64,000 bases of DNA, from NCBI RefSeq assembly GCF_009914755.1, contig NC_060932.1; one strand, given 5' to 3'. Both the position numbers and the translations under genes were made by a program. Source of the stretch: the human T2T-CHM13v2.0 reference genome, Homo sapiens. The stretch's first letter is position 1. Every line of letters starts with the position of its first letter. Of this stretch, positions 29,748-45,149 are shown in pieces. A model generated the notes under the pieces. That model had not been told where the DNA came from, made no database searches, and saw nothing but the letters and a program-made list of their open reading frames with translations.

Positions 29748-30104
29748 TCCTCCCAGCAAAGCTAGAAGAAAGTGAGTTTCTCCTTTTCAAAGGTCTGTTC
29801 CAGTGATCAGTTATCTGTGACTTCAACTACCAGTATCTGTGATACTTGGTCCAAGTCTTCCTCCATGAAGCCAGGGGTGGGGGCAGCCCTACCCAAACCT
29901 TACAACTACGAACAGAGGAGGGATAGTTCCCCAAGGAAAGTTAGAGTTGGTTACAGAATGGAAAATGAATGTGGACAGACAAAAAAAAATAGAAGATATT
30001 TATTAGTTTTTTATCTTTGTTACAATAATGAAGATAGAGACTCAGAGAAGTCACTCAACTTATAACTAGAGTGGTAGAGCTGGGTTTTGAATTCAATGGC
30101 TATA

Positions 30105-32860
30105 ATTTTTTAAACTTTTTATTTTGAAATAACTATAGATTGACAGGAAGTTGCAAATATATATATGTGTGTGTGTGTGTATGTGTGTGTGAGAGAGAGT
30201 GTGTGTGTATGTGTGGGTGTGTATATGTATATACGAGGAGGGTCTATGTACCCTTCACCCAGTTTCCCACTGAGTATCCCAATGTGTGATTATAGTACAA
30301 CATCAAAACCAGAAAATTAACATTGGTGCAATCCACAGAGTTTATTCAGATTTCACAGGTTTTACATGCACTTATTCTATGTGTGTGTGTGCCCATCTGT
30401 GTGTATAGTTATATGAAGTTTTATCACGTGTATGTGATTCATGTAACCATTACCGTAATCAAGATAGAGAACTGTTTCATCACAACAAGCCTCCCTCATT
30501 CTACCTCTTATAGACTTATCTCCTCTCCTTCCTTATCCCTAGCCCTGGAAACCACTGATCAATTATTCTCTATCTCTATAATATTGTCATTTCAAGAATA
30601 CTATAAAAATTCAAAAGGTTACAATATGTAACTTTTGAGATTGGCTTTTTTCACCCAGTGTAATTCTCTTGAGATTCATCCATGTTGGCTGTATTAAGAG
30701 TTTATTCCTGTTTATTGCTGCATAGTATTCCATGGTATGGATGTTTAACCATTCAACCATTGAAGGACATTTGGGTTGTTTCTAGGTTTTAGATATTTCC
30801 AATAAAGCTTCTATGAACACTCATGTACAGGTTTTCGTGTGAACTTAAGTTTTCATTTCTCTGAGATAAATGCACAAATGTGCAAATGGTAAGTGCATGC
30901 TTAGTTTTATAAGAAACTGGCAAGCTATTTTCCAGGGTGATGCTACCATTTGACATTTCCATCAGCAGTGTGTAAGTGATCCAGTTTCTTTACATCCTCA
31001 CTAGCATTTGGTGTTATTGCTTTTTTTAATTTTAGCCATTCTAATAGTTACACCATAACAACTCATTGTAGTTTTAATTTGAATTTTTCTAATGGCTAAT
31101 GGTGTTGAACATATTTTCATATGCTTATTTGCCATCTGTACATTTTCTTCTATGAGCCATTTATTTGTGGTTTTTGGCCCATTTTGTAATTAGATTGTTT
31201 TGTCTTCTACTGTTATGTTTTGAGAGTTCTTTATATAGTCTAGATACAAGTCTGTTAGATGAATATGTGGTTTGCCAATATTTTCTCCCAGTCTCTGGTT
31301 TATTTTTTCATTCTGTTTTTTTTTTTTTTTTTTTTTTTGAGATGGAGTTTCGCTCTTGTTGCCCAGGCTAGAGTGCAATGGCGCATCTCGGCTCACCGCA
31401 ACCTCCACCTCCTGGGTTCAGGCAATTCTCCTGCCTCAGCCTCCCGAGTAGCTGGGATTACAGGCATCTGCCACCAAGCCTGTCTAATTTTTTGTATTTT
31501 CGTAGAGACGGGGTTTCTCCATGTTGGTCAGGCTGGTCTCGAACTCCCGACCTCTCGTGATCCTCCCAAAATGCTGGGATTACAGGTGTGAGCCACTGTG
31601 CCCAGCCTTTTCATTCTCTTAATAGGGTGTTTTTCAGAGCAAACATTTTTAATTTTGATGAAGTATCAAGATGCCTCAATTTTTTCTTTTATAAATTGTG
31701 CTTTTGATTTTAAGTCTAAGACCTCCTTAACTTAGCTCTAAGTGCTAAAGATTTTCTCCCATATTTTTCTCTAAAAGTGTTGAAGTTTTATGTTTACATC
31801 TAAGTCTGTGATCTATGTTAATTTTTGTATAAAGTTTTAAAGTATGAGACTTAAGTTAAAACAAGAGATTTTGTTTTGTTTTGTTTTTTGCTCCAACACC
31901 ACTTGTTGAAAAGAGTTTCCTTCCTTCATTCACTCGCTTTTGCACTTTTGGTATTTTTGGTAAAAAATCAGTTGAGTATATTTTTGTGGGTCTATTTCTG
32001 AGTCCTCTATTCTGTTTCATTGATTTGTGGGTTTATCTCTCCACCAATATCATACTACCTTGGCAACTGTAGCTATATAGTGAGACTTAACACAAGGTAG
32101 AGTGCTTCCTCCTACTTTTTAAAATAGTTATCACAGCTATTTTATTTTCAAAATTTTTGCCTCCCATACAAATTTTAGAATAAGCTTGGCTTTGTCTACA
32201 AAATCTTTTTGGGATTTTGATAAGAATTGTGTTAAACTATTGATAATTTGGGAAGAATTGACATCTCCACTATGATGAGTCTTCCAGTCTATGAACATGG
32301 TATTTCTCCTCATTTATGTAGGTCTTTATTTTTTCATCAGCATTTTGTAATTTTCATCAGAGACATAGTATATGTATTTATACCTAAGTATTTTATTTTC
32401 TTTGAAGTGATTGTAAATGGTATTGTTTTTAATTTCAGTTTCCCCATGTTCATTGACAGGATAAACAAATGCATTTGATTTTTGAGTGTTGATCATGTAT
32501 TCTGTGACCTTACTTAATTCACTTATTAATTCTAGGAGGTTTATTTTAGTTTATGTTTTTTAGATTCTTTAGGATTGTATAAATAGACAATCATGTTATC
32601 TGCAAATAGAGATGATTTTATTTCTTTCTTTTCAATCTGTATGTCTTGTATTTCTTTTTCTTGCTATATTGCACTGGCTAGAACTTCTACTACCCTGTTG
32701 AAGAAGATGTTGAAAGCAGACATCTTTGTCTTATTCCCAATCTCAGTGGGAAGACGTTCAGTTGGCACCATTAAGTATGATGTTAGATGTTTTTTTTTTT
32801 TTTGTAAATGCTTTTTCACAAATTGAGATATTTTTCGTCTGTTCCTACTTCAGTGAGTTT
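30105..32860 (-). mobile_element. L1MC/MD 3' region, about 2.4 kb, split by Alu
   Basis: TTTTATTTTGAAATAACTATAGATTGACAGGAAGTTGCAAA...TACCCTTCACCCAGTTTCCC; T-rich antisense ORF2 remnants; internal (TG)n at 30166-30222. Confidence 0.85.
31316..31607 (-). mobile_element. AluS (Sp-like)
   Basis: Antisense Alu; TSD TTTTCATTCT; small internal deletion. Confidence 0.95.
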
Positions 32861-33155
32861 TTTTGAAAAATAGGGATCATACTTTGCTTTCACAGGATTG
32901 CTGTGATGATTCTAGGTGAAACATAAGTAAAAGTTTATGGCTGTTGTGGGCCCTCAAATAAGGTTTAGAAAAACAACCTTTGGACAACATTAAGGCGAGT
33001 CATTACAACTTAAAGTGAAACCTTCTGTAGACAAATGATCTCACATCTTCACTTCTAGGTATCTCTTCTGAAGAAACATTGGCTCATGTCCCAGAGATTT
33101 ATATACAAGGAAGTTTACTGCAACCATGGCTGCAACAGAAAAAGCCATTGTGTAC

Positions 33156-33236
33156 CACAGTGTCTATTTAGCCAATTGTCCATCTTTAGCTATTCTGAAT
33201 GCCTAAAGATAGACAATTGGCTAAATAGAAATTGTG
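33156..33236 (-). ncRNA. MIR4662B: microRNA precursor mir-4662b, antisense reading of the same palindrome (mature 33166-33187)
   Basis: The reverse complement of 33166-33187 is AAAGATGGACAATTGGCTAAAT, matching hsa-miR-4662b as recalled. Precursor limits are from recall. Confidence 0.8.
33163..33229 (+). ncRNA. MIR4662A: microRNA precursor mir-4662a (5p 33168-33189; 3p 33205-33226)
   Basis: Near-perfect hairpin. Arms TTAGCCAATTGTCCATCTTTAG and AAAGATAGACAATTGGCTAAAT match hsa-miR-4662a-5p and -3p as I recall them. Confidence 0.88.
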
Positions 33237-33315
33237 GTACATCCATACAATGGAATACCATGAAGCCATCGACAAAACATCAAGATTCTATTGACCAACA
33301 TGGAAAGAGTGCCAT

Positions 33316-33713
<398 letters not shown>

Positions 33714-35484
33714 TTATAAATTTATACTTATATCTACATACATATAGTATATAAGTATGTATTTTTAAAACCCAGTCATATATTGTAAACACATTCCTAA
33801 GTGCATAGAAAAAGGCCTAGAAGGACTTGACACTCATTTGTTAACATCGGACATCCTTCGGGAAATGAATGGGATTGGGTAGAGTACAAAGGGGTACAAA
33901 AGATCACTTTAAAAAACTTTATAAATATATTTGGTCTTTAAAACATTTTTTTACAATGATAATGTTTATATTTACTATCTGTTTACCTAAATAAGACTCA
34001 GGTAGTATGGGGCAGGGAGTAGCAATTTCTAGTGGTAAAATTTCAGACAATTGTTTTCCATAGTCACTGGGACCCAGAATTCCTGAGCTCTCTTTGTTCT
34101 ATTGCTGGCTGCAATATTAGTTGTATGATTTTGGACAAGTCACTTTCTCTCTCTGGGCCTCAGATTCCTCTTGTAATGAGGAGATTAAACTAGAGTACCC
34201 ATGGATAAGCATTTTTATTATTCACATTTAAGCATCTGACCTCTCTTTGCAAATAGGTTTTTGTATGTGGAACCTTTATGTATACAACAGGAGAAAGCAT
34301 GTCAACAACCCAACTATTTGTACCCCGGATCCATTTCAGCACTAACGTTTTCTGACTGGAGTTGAAGGCAGTGAACCCAAAGCCACCTGTCAGAACTATA
34401 CTGCCCCTCAGCTGAGTGAAAAATAACTGGGTGATTTCAAGTGACCCACAGAAGCTCAGGAGTGACAGTTGCTCTCATAAAATGTGTTCCCTGAGCATTA
34501 AGCCCTGGTGTTGGCAGGGTCTGATAGCTCAGGGACTGTTTGAGCTCCAAGGAGATCATTACTGTTTCTAGAGAGTTCTATGAGGACCCTGGGTCTTTGG
34601 AAGAACTATCCATTTGTGGTTTTTAGGAGAATCAGGTCCTAGATCACTGAAGCCACAGCCCATGGCCCAGAGCTGTAGCTTTACTGCTTTGGGGCTGCAG
34701 CAGGGAGGCGAGGCCACCTGGGGAAGCTGAGGGCAAGAGTAGAGGTCAAGTGCAACACACAGCATGCTGTGAAATATGAGAAAGGCTCATAGTGTCTTTT
34801 CTTTGAAATGAAAAGCGCCATCTCGAGTTCTGTGGAATTGGGTCCAGCCTTCCTTGGCTATAACAGGCATGATAAGGATCATTTTGCCTCCTTTAGGAGC
34901 AGGGCTAGATGTCCTACAATTCTCTGCATTAGTTGAGCCCATGGACAGTAACAGCCATAGTCTGAGATATAAAAAAAAAAACAGCACATCGCCCAGAAAA
35001 AAGCCTGGGCCCTGTGCTTTTGGGATTCTATTCGCACGTGTTTCGGACTGGCAAGACTCAAACCCAGAAAGAGGGACTCCCTGAGAGGGGAAAGGCGGAC
35101 GTGCAGGGCCACTCTGGCCTAAGTCTTCTCTGTGGATCGAAGCAGAAGGTAGGAAGCCGGTGTTTTATACCTCCCTGCCTTTCCCTGCCCATTTGTGGGA
35201 TGGAGAGCTGGGGGCCTGGGTGAATGACCTGTTGTAGTTCAGGTCCACACTCCTACCAAGGCACACCAGCCTGGAGGGCGGGAGACCTGGGCTCAAGCCC
35301 CAGTTGGGCCACTTTCTCATCTAGGCTAGTCACATGCCTTTGCAGGTTCTCAGTTTCATTGTTTTTAAAAAGACCATTAGATTAGATACTTTTAAAGGTC
35401 CCTGCCAGTAACACTCAGTGATTCTAGAACTAGATTGTAAGAGCCTGGCAGGGTTCCACTTATTTGGTAAGAGGAAAGGAATAA

Positions 35485-35715
35485 GCTATAATGGTTAAGT
35501 GTGTGGAAACTGGAATTAGATTTCCTGAGTTCAACTCCTGATTCTCCTTTACTTACTGTGACTTTTGGAGAAGGTTTTTAATCTCTCTGAGCCTCAGCTT
35601 CTACATTGGCAAAATGAAAATAAGAGCTGTAGTTGATGTTGTTGTTTTAAGGGATGCAAATGATAATCTGAATGAAGCTTCAGGATCCAACAGAGTAAAT
35701 GTTCAATAAGCCTTA
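35485..35715 (+). mobile_element. MIR
   Basis: ATAATGGTTAAG...CCTGAGTTCAACTCCTG...TTTAATCTCTCTGAGCCTCAG...TAAATGTTCAATAA. Confidence 0.8.
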
Positions 35716-35948
35716 TCTTATTGTTTTGTATTTCCCCAGTTTAAGATCATAACAGGAACTGGCTAAAATTACTTCTTGATAAAACAATGCCCCTTACCAT
35801 AGATTCAATTATCCTACAGGCCAAATCATGTGCCCCATGAGGTTAATTTGTTTATTCAATACTAATTAATCAATATTTATTGAACATCTTAAGTGTGGCA
35901 GACACTGTGACAGGACTGAGGATGCAAAAGCATCAAGATCTTATTATA

Positions 35949-36274
<326 letters not shown>

Positions 36275-36588
36275 TTATTATAGAACTTACTCTAATAAAT
36301 ACTCTAATAAAATCCTAATTTGGAACACACCTCACTAAGAAACATTTATTAAGCATTTATGGAGTTCAGAGAACTGTTCTGGTGTTGTTGGAGATTCAGT
36401 ATTTTGAATCATTTCCTCCACAAAGATTTTAGAATTTTGAAGGGGAAACAAAGACATAACATGAATTTCATGGCCTTCTCTTTTGATCTCCAGTGGTGAC
36501 TAATTTGGACATTTGTGACATGCTGAGCATTTGTGTCATAAGCATCTCACTGAACTTCCTGTGGTAGTCACTAGCATTAACTCCATTG

Positions 36589-36930
<342 letters not shown>

Positions 36931-36944
36931 TTAGTATACCCCGC

Positions 36945-37400
36945 TGTATTAGTTAACTTGAGCTGCCATAAGAAAGCACCACCAACTGGGTAACTTAAAC
37001 AACAGAAATGTGTTGTTCCTTCTAGTCCTGGAGGCTAGAAGTCCAGATCAAGGTGTCGGTAGGGCTGTTTCCTTCTGAGGGCTGCAAAAGAGAATCCGCC
37101 CCATGCCTCTCTCCTAGCCCCTGGTGGTCTGCTGGCAATCTTTGGTGGTGTTGGGCTTGTAGATGCATCACACTGATCTCTGTTTTCACCTTCATGTGGC
37201 ATTCTCCCCATGTGCATGTCTGTCTCTGTGTCCAAATTTCCCCTTTTTATATGGACACAGTCATACTGGTGTAGAGATCACCCTTATGGCCTCAACTTGA
37301 TCGTCTGCAAAGGCACTATTTTCAAATAGGGTCACATGCGCAGGTATCGAGGATTAGGACTTGAACATTTTTTGGTGGGGACACACAATTTAACCCATTC
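36945..37400 (-). mobile_element. MLT1C MaLR LTR
   Basis: TGTATTAGTT...GCTGCCATAA...CTTAAACAACAGAAAT...GGGACACACAATTTAACCCAT. Confidence 0.88.
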
Positions 37401-37837
37401 GAGGCTTTGGTGTCTCTCACTTGCAGTTCTTTCACTTCCTCCCTAAGACAGCTTCAGGCAGCTTAGAGTTGGATCTCCTCCTTGACGTTCTAATCCGCTG
37501 ACGGCCAGCTGCTTGTCAGGGGTCCTATGCTTGCTGATGAAGTTCCCGGTGGTGCCAGGCACTCTCCCCATTGAAACAGTCCAGCTGGCATGATGAGAGG
37601 GCAGGTAAAGAAGGCACGTCACCTTCTACAAACCAAAGTGTAACAGCAACAAGATTAATATAGCAATGTCTATTTATTGATCAGTTATTATCTGCTAGGC
37701 ACTGAGTTAAGTATTTTTCATGCACAATCTATTTATTCCACACAGCAATCCTAAAAGATAGGAATCACTATCTCATTTCACATATGAAAAAAACCTGAAG
37801 CTCAGAGAGATTAGGTCCAAAGCCATTGACTGTTTGT

Positions 37838-38085
37838 GGCCAGGAGTTCAAGACCAGCCTGGGCAAAATAGCAAGATCCCGTCTTTACAAAAACATTTTA
37901 AAAATATTAACTGAGTATGATGGTGCATGCCTGTAGTCCCAGCTACTTAGGAGGCTGAGGCAAGAGGATCGCTTGAGCCCAGGAGGTCAAGGCTGCAGTG
38001 AGCTATGATCACACCACTGTATTCCAACCTGGGCGACAGAGTGAGATCCTGTCTCTAAATAATTGATAATAATAATAATAATAAC
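37838..38085 (+). mobile_element. AluJ, 5'-truncated, (AAT)n tail
   Basis: GGCCAGGAGTTCAAGACC...GGTCAAGGCTGCAGTGAGCTATGATC. Confidence 0.92.
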
Positions 38086-38482
38086 AGATGTTAGCAAATA
38101 CTGCTTTACTATGTTGTCTCCTTTCCATGGAGCTTCTGGGTTAAATAACACCCTTTCCCCCTCCCCTTAGTATGGTTGATTTGAGACTCTGCCCAAGCCT
38201 TGTTAGTTCATATCCTAGGGCTGTGAATGAAGTCAGTGAGTTCTAAGAGTGGTTAGTGCAGTAGCCACAGGCAATGTGACCTTGAAACAAAGATGGGCAA
38301 GGCCCGGAAGAGGACGCCTGTCACTAAGGGTCTGCCCAGTGCCGTTTTCCCTGAGCTGTGGCAGCTTCACGCCGTCACTCCCTTGTGCAGGGACTGAAGT
38401 AAGCCCATGGTTTATTCTGGAGGTTGCTCTTGACGCTGCTGTAGAAAATACCATTGTTTCCATTGTTCTAGAAAGTGGGCTG

Positions 38483-38923
<441 letters not shown>

Positions 38924-39235
38924 CTATCATGTATTTCCCTGATTATAAAAGTAATCACTGATTATTTATTTAAAAACACAAAAGTGTTTCTTCCTTTCAC
39001 AATCTTAACCATGTTGGTGCATAGAATTCCATACTGCTTCCATTCACATATAAAAATTATTAATCATATATCAAAAAGATCATATGATTTGTCATCTGCT
39101 TTTGTCACTTAATGATATGGAGTATCATGTCCTGTCTGTGCAGAAAGCCCTCCCTCATTCTTTTGAATGGTCGTACAGGATTTGATTGTTTCATTGTGCG
39201 GATAAAGCATAAATTGTTTAGAGTGTTAATGATAG

Positions 39236-39581
<346 letters not shown>

Positions 39582-40525
39582 AAAATTCTTGTACATACAT
39601 CTTTGTCTTCTTGCCCAATTATATCTTTAAGATTCATTGTTAAAATGAAATTGCTAGGTCAAAGGGCACACCTATTTGCAAGTTAAAAATTTGAAAGTTC
39701 ATTTCCAGATTGACTTCCACAAATGTTAGATATGGTAATGTTCCCACCAATAGTACTGGGGACTACCTGTTTCCCCTCCTCTGCCAATTAAGCATTACAC
39801 ATGTAACAGAAGAACAAAACCATGTCTCATTGTAAATTATGTTTTTAAAAATTATAAGTGAAAGTGACTGTATGTTTATGTTTGTTTGGCCATCTATATG
39901 TCTCTTCTGTGGCTACTGTTTATGTTGTTTCTCGACTGGGATGTCCTCATGGAATCTCCAGAAAGTTGCAAACTTAGTGTGTATCTGGACTTTCTTTACC
40001 ACAACAGGGACCCGTGCATGGTTGGCTTTCAATTATCTGGGGAAAAAGGAACCAGTGACCCTGAGACTCCAAGGTCAGCTTTAATCATTCCTTCACGAAT
40101 TCAGGCCAATTCATTCATTTACTCTTGCGGTCACTTGGAAATTATTCCTGTAGTAATCCATTGCTCTAGTTTACTCATTAATCATTTTTCAAGTCATTAT
40201 TGAGCATCTGCTGCCTGGGAAATGCCAGGTCCCAGGGTCGGGGGAGACTGGAAGGGAAACCCTCTGTGGTGATTACTCTCCCTGCCTAAAGGCAGAGATC
40301 AGTCCCATAAATGGCGGAATTCCGAGCCACTGGGTAGGAGGAATGGAGGGAAAGACTGTGACTAAGGAAGGCTTCCTGGAGGTCACCTGTGAGAGGATCA
40401 GTAGGATTTGGGTATAAAAAGATGGAAAAGGGTCCCAGCAGAAAAGCAGATCCAGGGAAGAATCCCCTTCGCAGGTGGAGGAGAAAAAAGTATAAACAAA
40501 GGCAAAGGTGAGAGCTGTTATGTAG

Positions 40526-40887
<362 letters not shown>

Positions 40888-41572
40888 CAAAGGCTCTTCT
40901 TAAAAGGGGTTAATGGAAGATAATGTGAGATTGGCCAGTGGGGTGGGACTTCCTTTGTCACCACCCAGAAACTAGACTAAGGCAGAGCTGTGCTTTAAGA
41001 GATATTCTGGCAACAATGTAGAGGACAGACTGGCAGAAAGACACCTTAGCTAAGGCTGTGGCAACAGCCAAGGACAGTGATGAGGAGACCCTGAGTTTGG
41101 ATGCTAATGGGAAACGCTTGAGGGCTTGGGGAAGCGCAAGAGCCCTGGGCTAAGAAGTGGGAGGCCTGGGTTCCACTGCCATGCTGCCACTGCCTGTCTG
41201 TAAAGGGAGGTGGTTTCAGGAGGGTCAGAAGATCAGCTGTTACGTAGCAGGGAACCCAGCTCTGTGGCATTCCACTACTCACCAGCTCCTGTGGACCCTC
41301 CACTGGTTTCAAGGTGCTCCTCTAGGTGTGGGGCCAAATATAGTGAGAAGACATGGTCACAGGCAACAAGGAAGACAACCGGGGTAAGGCAGGACTGTAC
41401 ATGAAACCACTGGAGGAGAAGAAAGGGCTGTTGACATATTCCCTTTTCCTACTTCATTTTTTTGACAACTGCAAAACAATTTCATCTTATGGATGCTCCA
41501 TAATTCATTTCCCAATTTCCCGATGGTGAAAATTGACAAATTTTTGTTGTCATGGAACTCTTTGTGCACTGA

Positions 41573-41936
<364 letters not shown>

Positions 41937-43013
41937 AAGTGTGTGCATTTTAGATTTTGAGAGCTTTTGCTGAATCACCCTCTGTAAAGGATTATCTTTA
42001 TTATTCGGATGACTAAACTGAGGCTCCGGGAAGTTGTGTCATTTGACCTCAGCCATATCAGTGATATAATTTTATCACAGTTTGAGTCTAGGTGGGTCTA
42101 TCTTCAAACCCCTATTCTCCCCATTACTCCACTCTATCAGGCTATCAGTTCTTAAAGCTCTTTCCATTGTCTATTATATTTTCCTTCCCCACCCTGTAAC
42201 AATCACCAGGAAAAACCCTACAATGAAAGAGGCTTAGGTACAGGCCTCTTTCTTTTCTGGGAGACAGAAAAGAAGTGGGGAGGGGAGGCTAGATTCCACT
42301 CCACAGGTAGCTCTGGGATGGGGACAGGGCAGCTCCCCAAGATGAGAGCCAGTGGTGGCAGCTTTAAAGTGGTAAAGAAACAAGCTGAGTTTCTGCATGG
42401 AGGAAACAGCTCAGCCTGGGAGGGAGCCCTGGGGCCTTCCTTGGAGAAAAACTGGTAGTTTCCCAGACAGCCTGCAACCTTAATCCAGAAAAATCTTTGA
42501 TAAGGAGTTGTCAGCTTCCAATGCTTCCCATTAGCCAAATTGCCTTGGATTCTCAGGACACCTCTGCCCAAAGGGCTGAGTGCTGATGTCAAAAGCCCTA
42601 TTCCTGGGATTCATTACAATTCTGGGCTTCTCTCCCTTTCTGCTTCTTCTCATCCTCCAGCTTCTCCATACCATCCTCATGGAGACTTGAAGTGACAATT
42701 GACAAAGCTTGGAGCTTCCCACAGAAAATTCCAGCCTGTTCTTGGTGCCTGTTGTACATGGGACAGAATTGGATGGTGGGTTGGAGTCAGGCTGGGGCTC
42801 AAATCCTGGACCTTTCTCTCTGGAACCCAAGGCAAGTGACTCAACCTCTCAGGATTTGTAAAAAGATACTAGTGTGCCCAGTCATAGAGTTGCTGGGAGG
42901 ATTAAGGGCAATCATCACTATTTTTCATTTTCCAGACTCCCCAGGTTGCAGAGGTGACAGCTTCTGATGTTTGACACAGAGGCCAGTGAAGATAAAAATA
43001 ATGACAGCATTTA

Positions 43014-43916
<903 letters not shown>

Positions 43917-44319
43917 TCTATTAACTCATTTAATCCCTGAAATGCACCCACGGAGGCTTAGAAGAGACCAAGGTGAAGAAGGAGGTACTGAATGTGGGAG
44001 ACCAAGAGGAGCAGAGGCAGAGGTTCTAGCGACAGTGCTACACCAGCATCAGCAAGGTGTGCAGGTTCATTCTTGTCTAATGGCAATGGTGTCTCCAGTG
44101 GAGAAGCCGGGTCAGGAATGGTTGGTGAGTTGTTCCTGGGTGTGTCTCTTCCACGCCTGACTCTTCAGCCCTGCTGGAGATTCTGTGAGCCACCAAATAT
44201 ATAAAAGGCTTGACTGCTTAAACTAGTTGAAGAAGGTTCTATTACCTGAAATGAAGATCTGCAATGACTGCTACGAGCTGTTCAGAGCACAAAGGCTCTT
44301 GTTATTCTTGCAGATTGAA

Positions 44320-44640
44320 GATCATTAAGTATGAGAGAGCCATCAGCATAATGTGAATGGTCCAAGGGCCACATCATCTTAGGTGTTATTAGCAAAAACA
44401 GAGCCCCTAGAATAAAGGAGGTGAGAGTGCATTCCTATTCTGCACTGGTCAGAAGACAGCTGGAATAAGTCTGCAAGCTATTTATTTAAGAGAGACAGTA
44501 ACAAATTAGAGCCTGTCAAGAGGATAGGGGCCAGGATGGTGGCAGAACACAAAACGAAACCCTGAGGCCTAGGAGATGTTTTCTGTGGGGAAGAGAAGAC
44601 ACTGAGGGGGCCGTGGAGCTGTTTTCACATATATAAAGTT
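44320..44640 (+). mobile_element. L3/CR1 LINE ORF2 3' fragment
   Basis: ATCTTAGGTGTTATTAG...AAGGAGGTGAGAGT...TATTCTGCACTGGTCAGA...CAAATTAGAG...AAGAGAAGACACTGAGGGGG...GCTGTTTTCACATAT. Confidence 0.7.
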
Positions 44641-44726
44641 TTCCCTTACGGCATCATGGTGCAGAAGGCTGGAAAGACTCAGGCTCAAATCCTGGTCACT
44701 TCCTCTGTGTGGCCCTGGACAGGCCC

Positions 44727-45149
44727 TGCTATGGTTTGGATATTTGACCCCTCCAACCCTCATGTTGAAATGTGATCCCCAATACTGGAGGTGGGGCCTC
44801 ATGGGAGGTGTTTGTGTCATGGTGGCTGATCCCTCATGAATTGCTTGGTGCCATTCTTGCATTGTAATAAATGAGCTCTCACTCTATTAGTTTTCATGAG
44901 AGCTGGCTGCTAAAAATCCTGGCACCTCTGCACCACCCCCTCCCCATTCCTCTCTTAGCATGTGATCTCTGCACACTAGCTCTCCTTCCCCTTTCCATGA
45001 ATGGAAGCTTCCTGAGGCCCTCACCAGACCAGACGCTGGCTCCATGCTTCTTGTACAGCCTGCAGAACCATGAGCCAAATAAACCTCTTGTCTTTATAAA
45101 TTACCCAGCCTCGGGTATTCCTTTATAGCAACACAAATAGACTAAGACA
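44727..45149 (+). mobile_element. MSTB-type MaLR solo LTR, complete
   Basis: TGCTATGGTTTGGAT...GACTAAGACA with a perfect 5-bp TSD GGCCC. Confidence 0.92.

Noticed and set aside
31190-31591. ORFs such as [13 protein letters not shown] and [12 protein letters not shown], here and at many other sites
   Set aside because: Standard translations of Alu sequence, not genes.
36288-36311. Short tandem duplications (TACTCTAATAAA x2; ATTCATATCC x2 near 53237)
   Set aside because: Ordinary slippage events of 10-12 bp.
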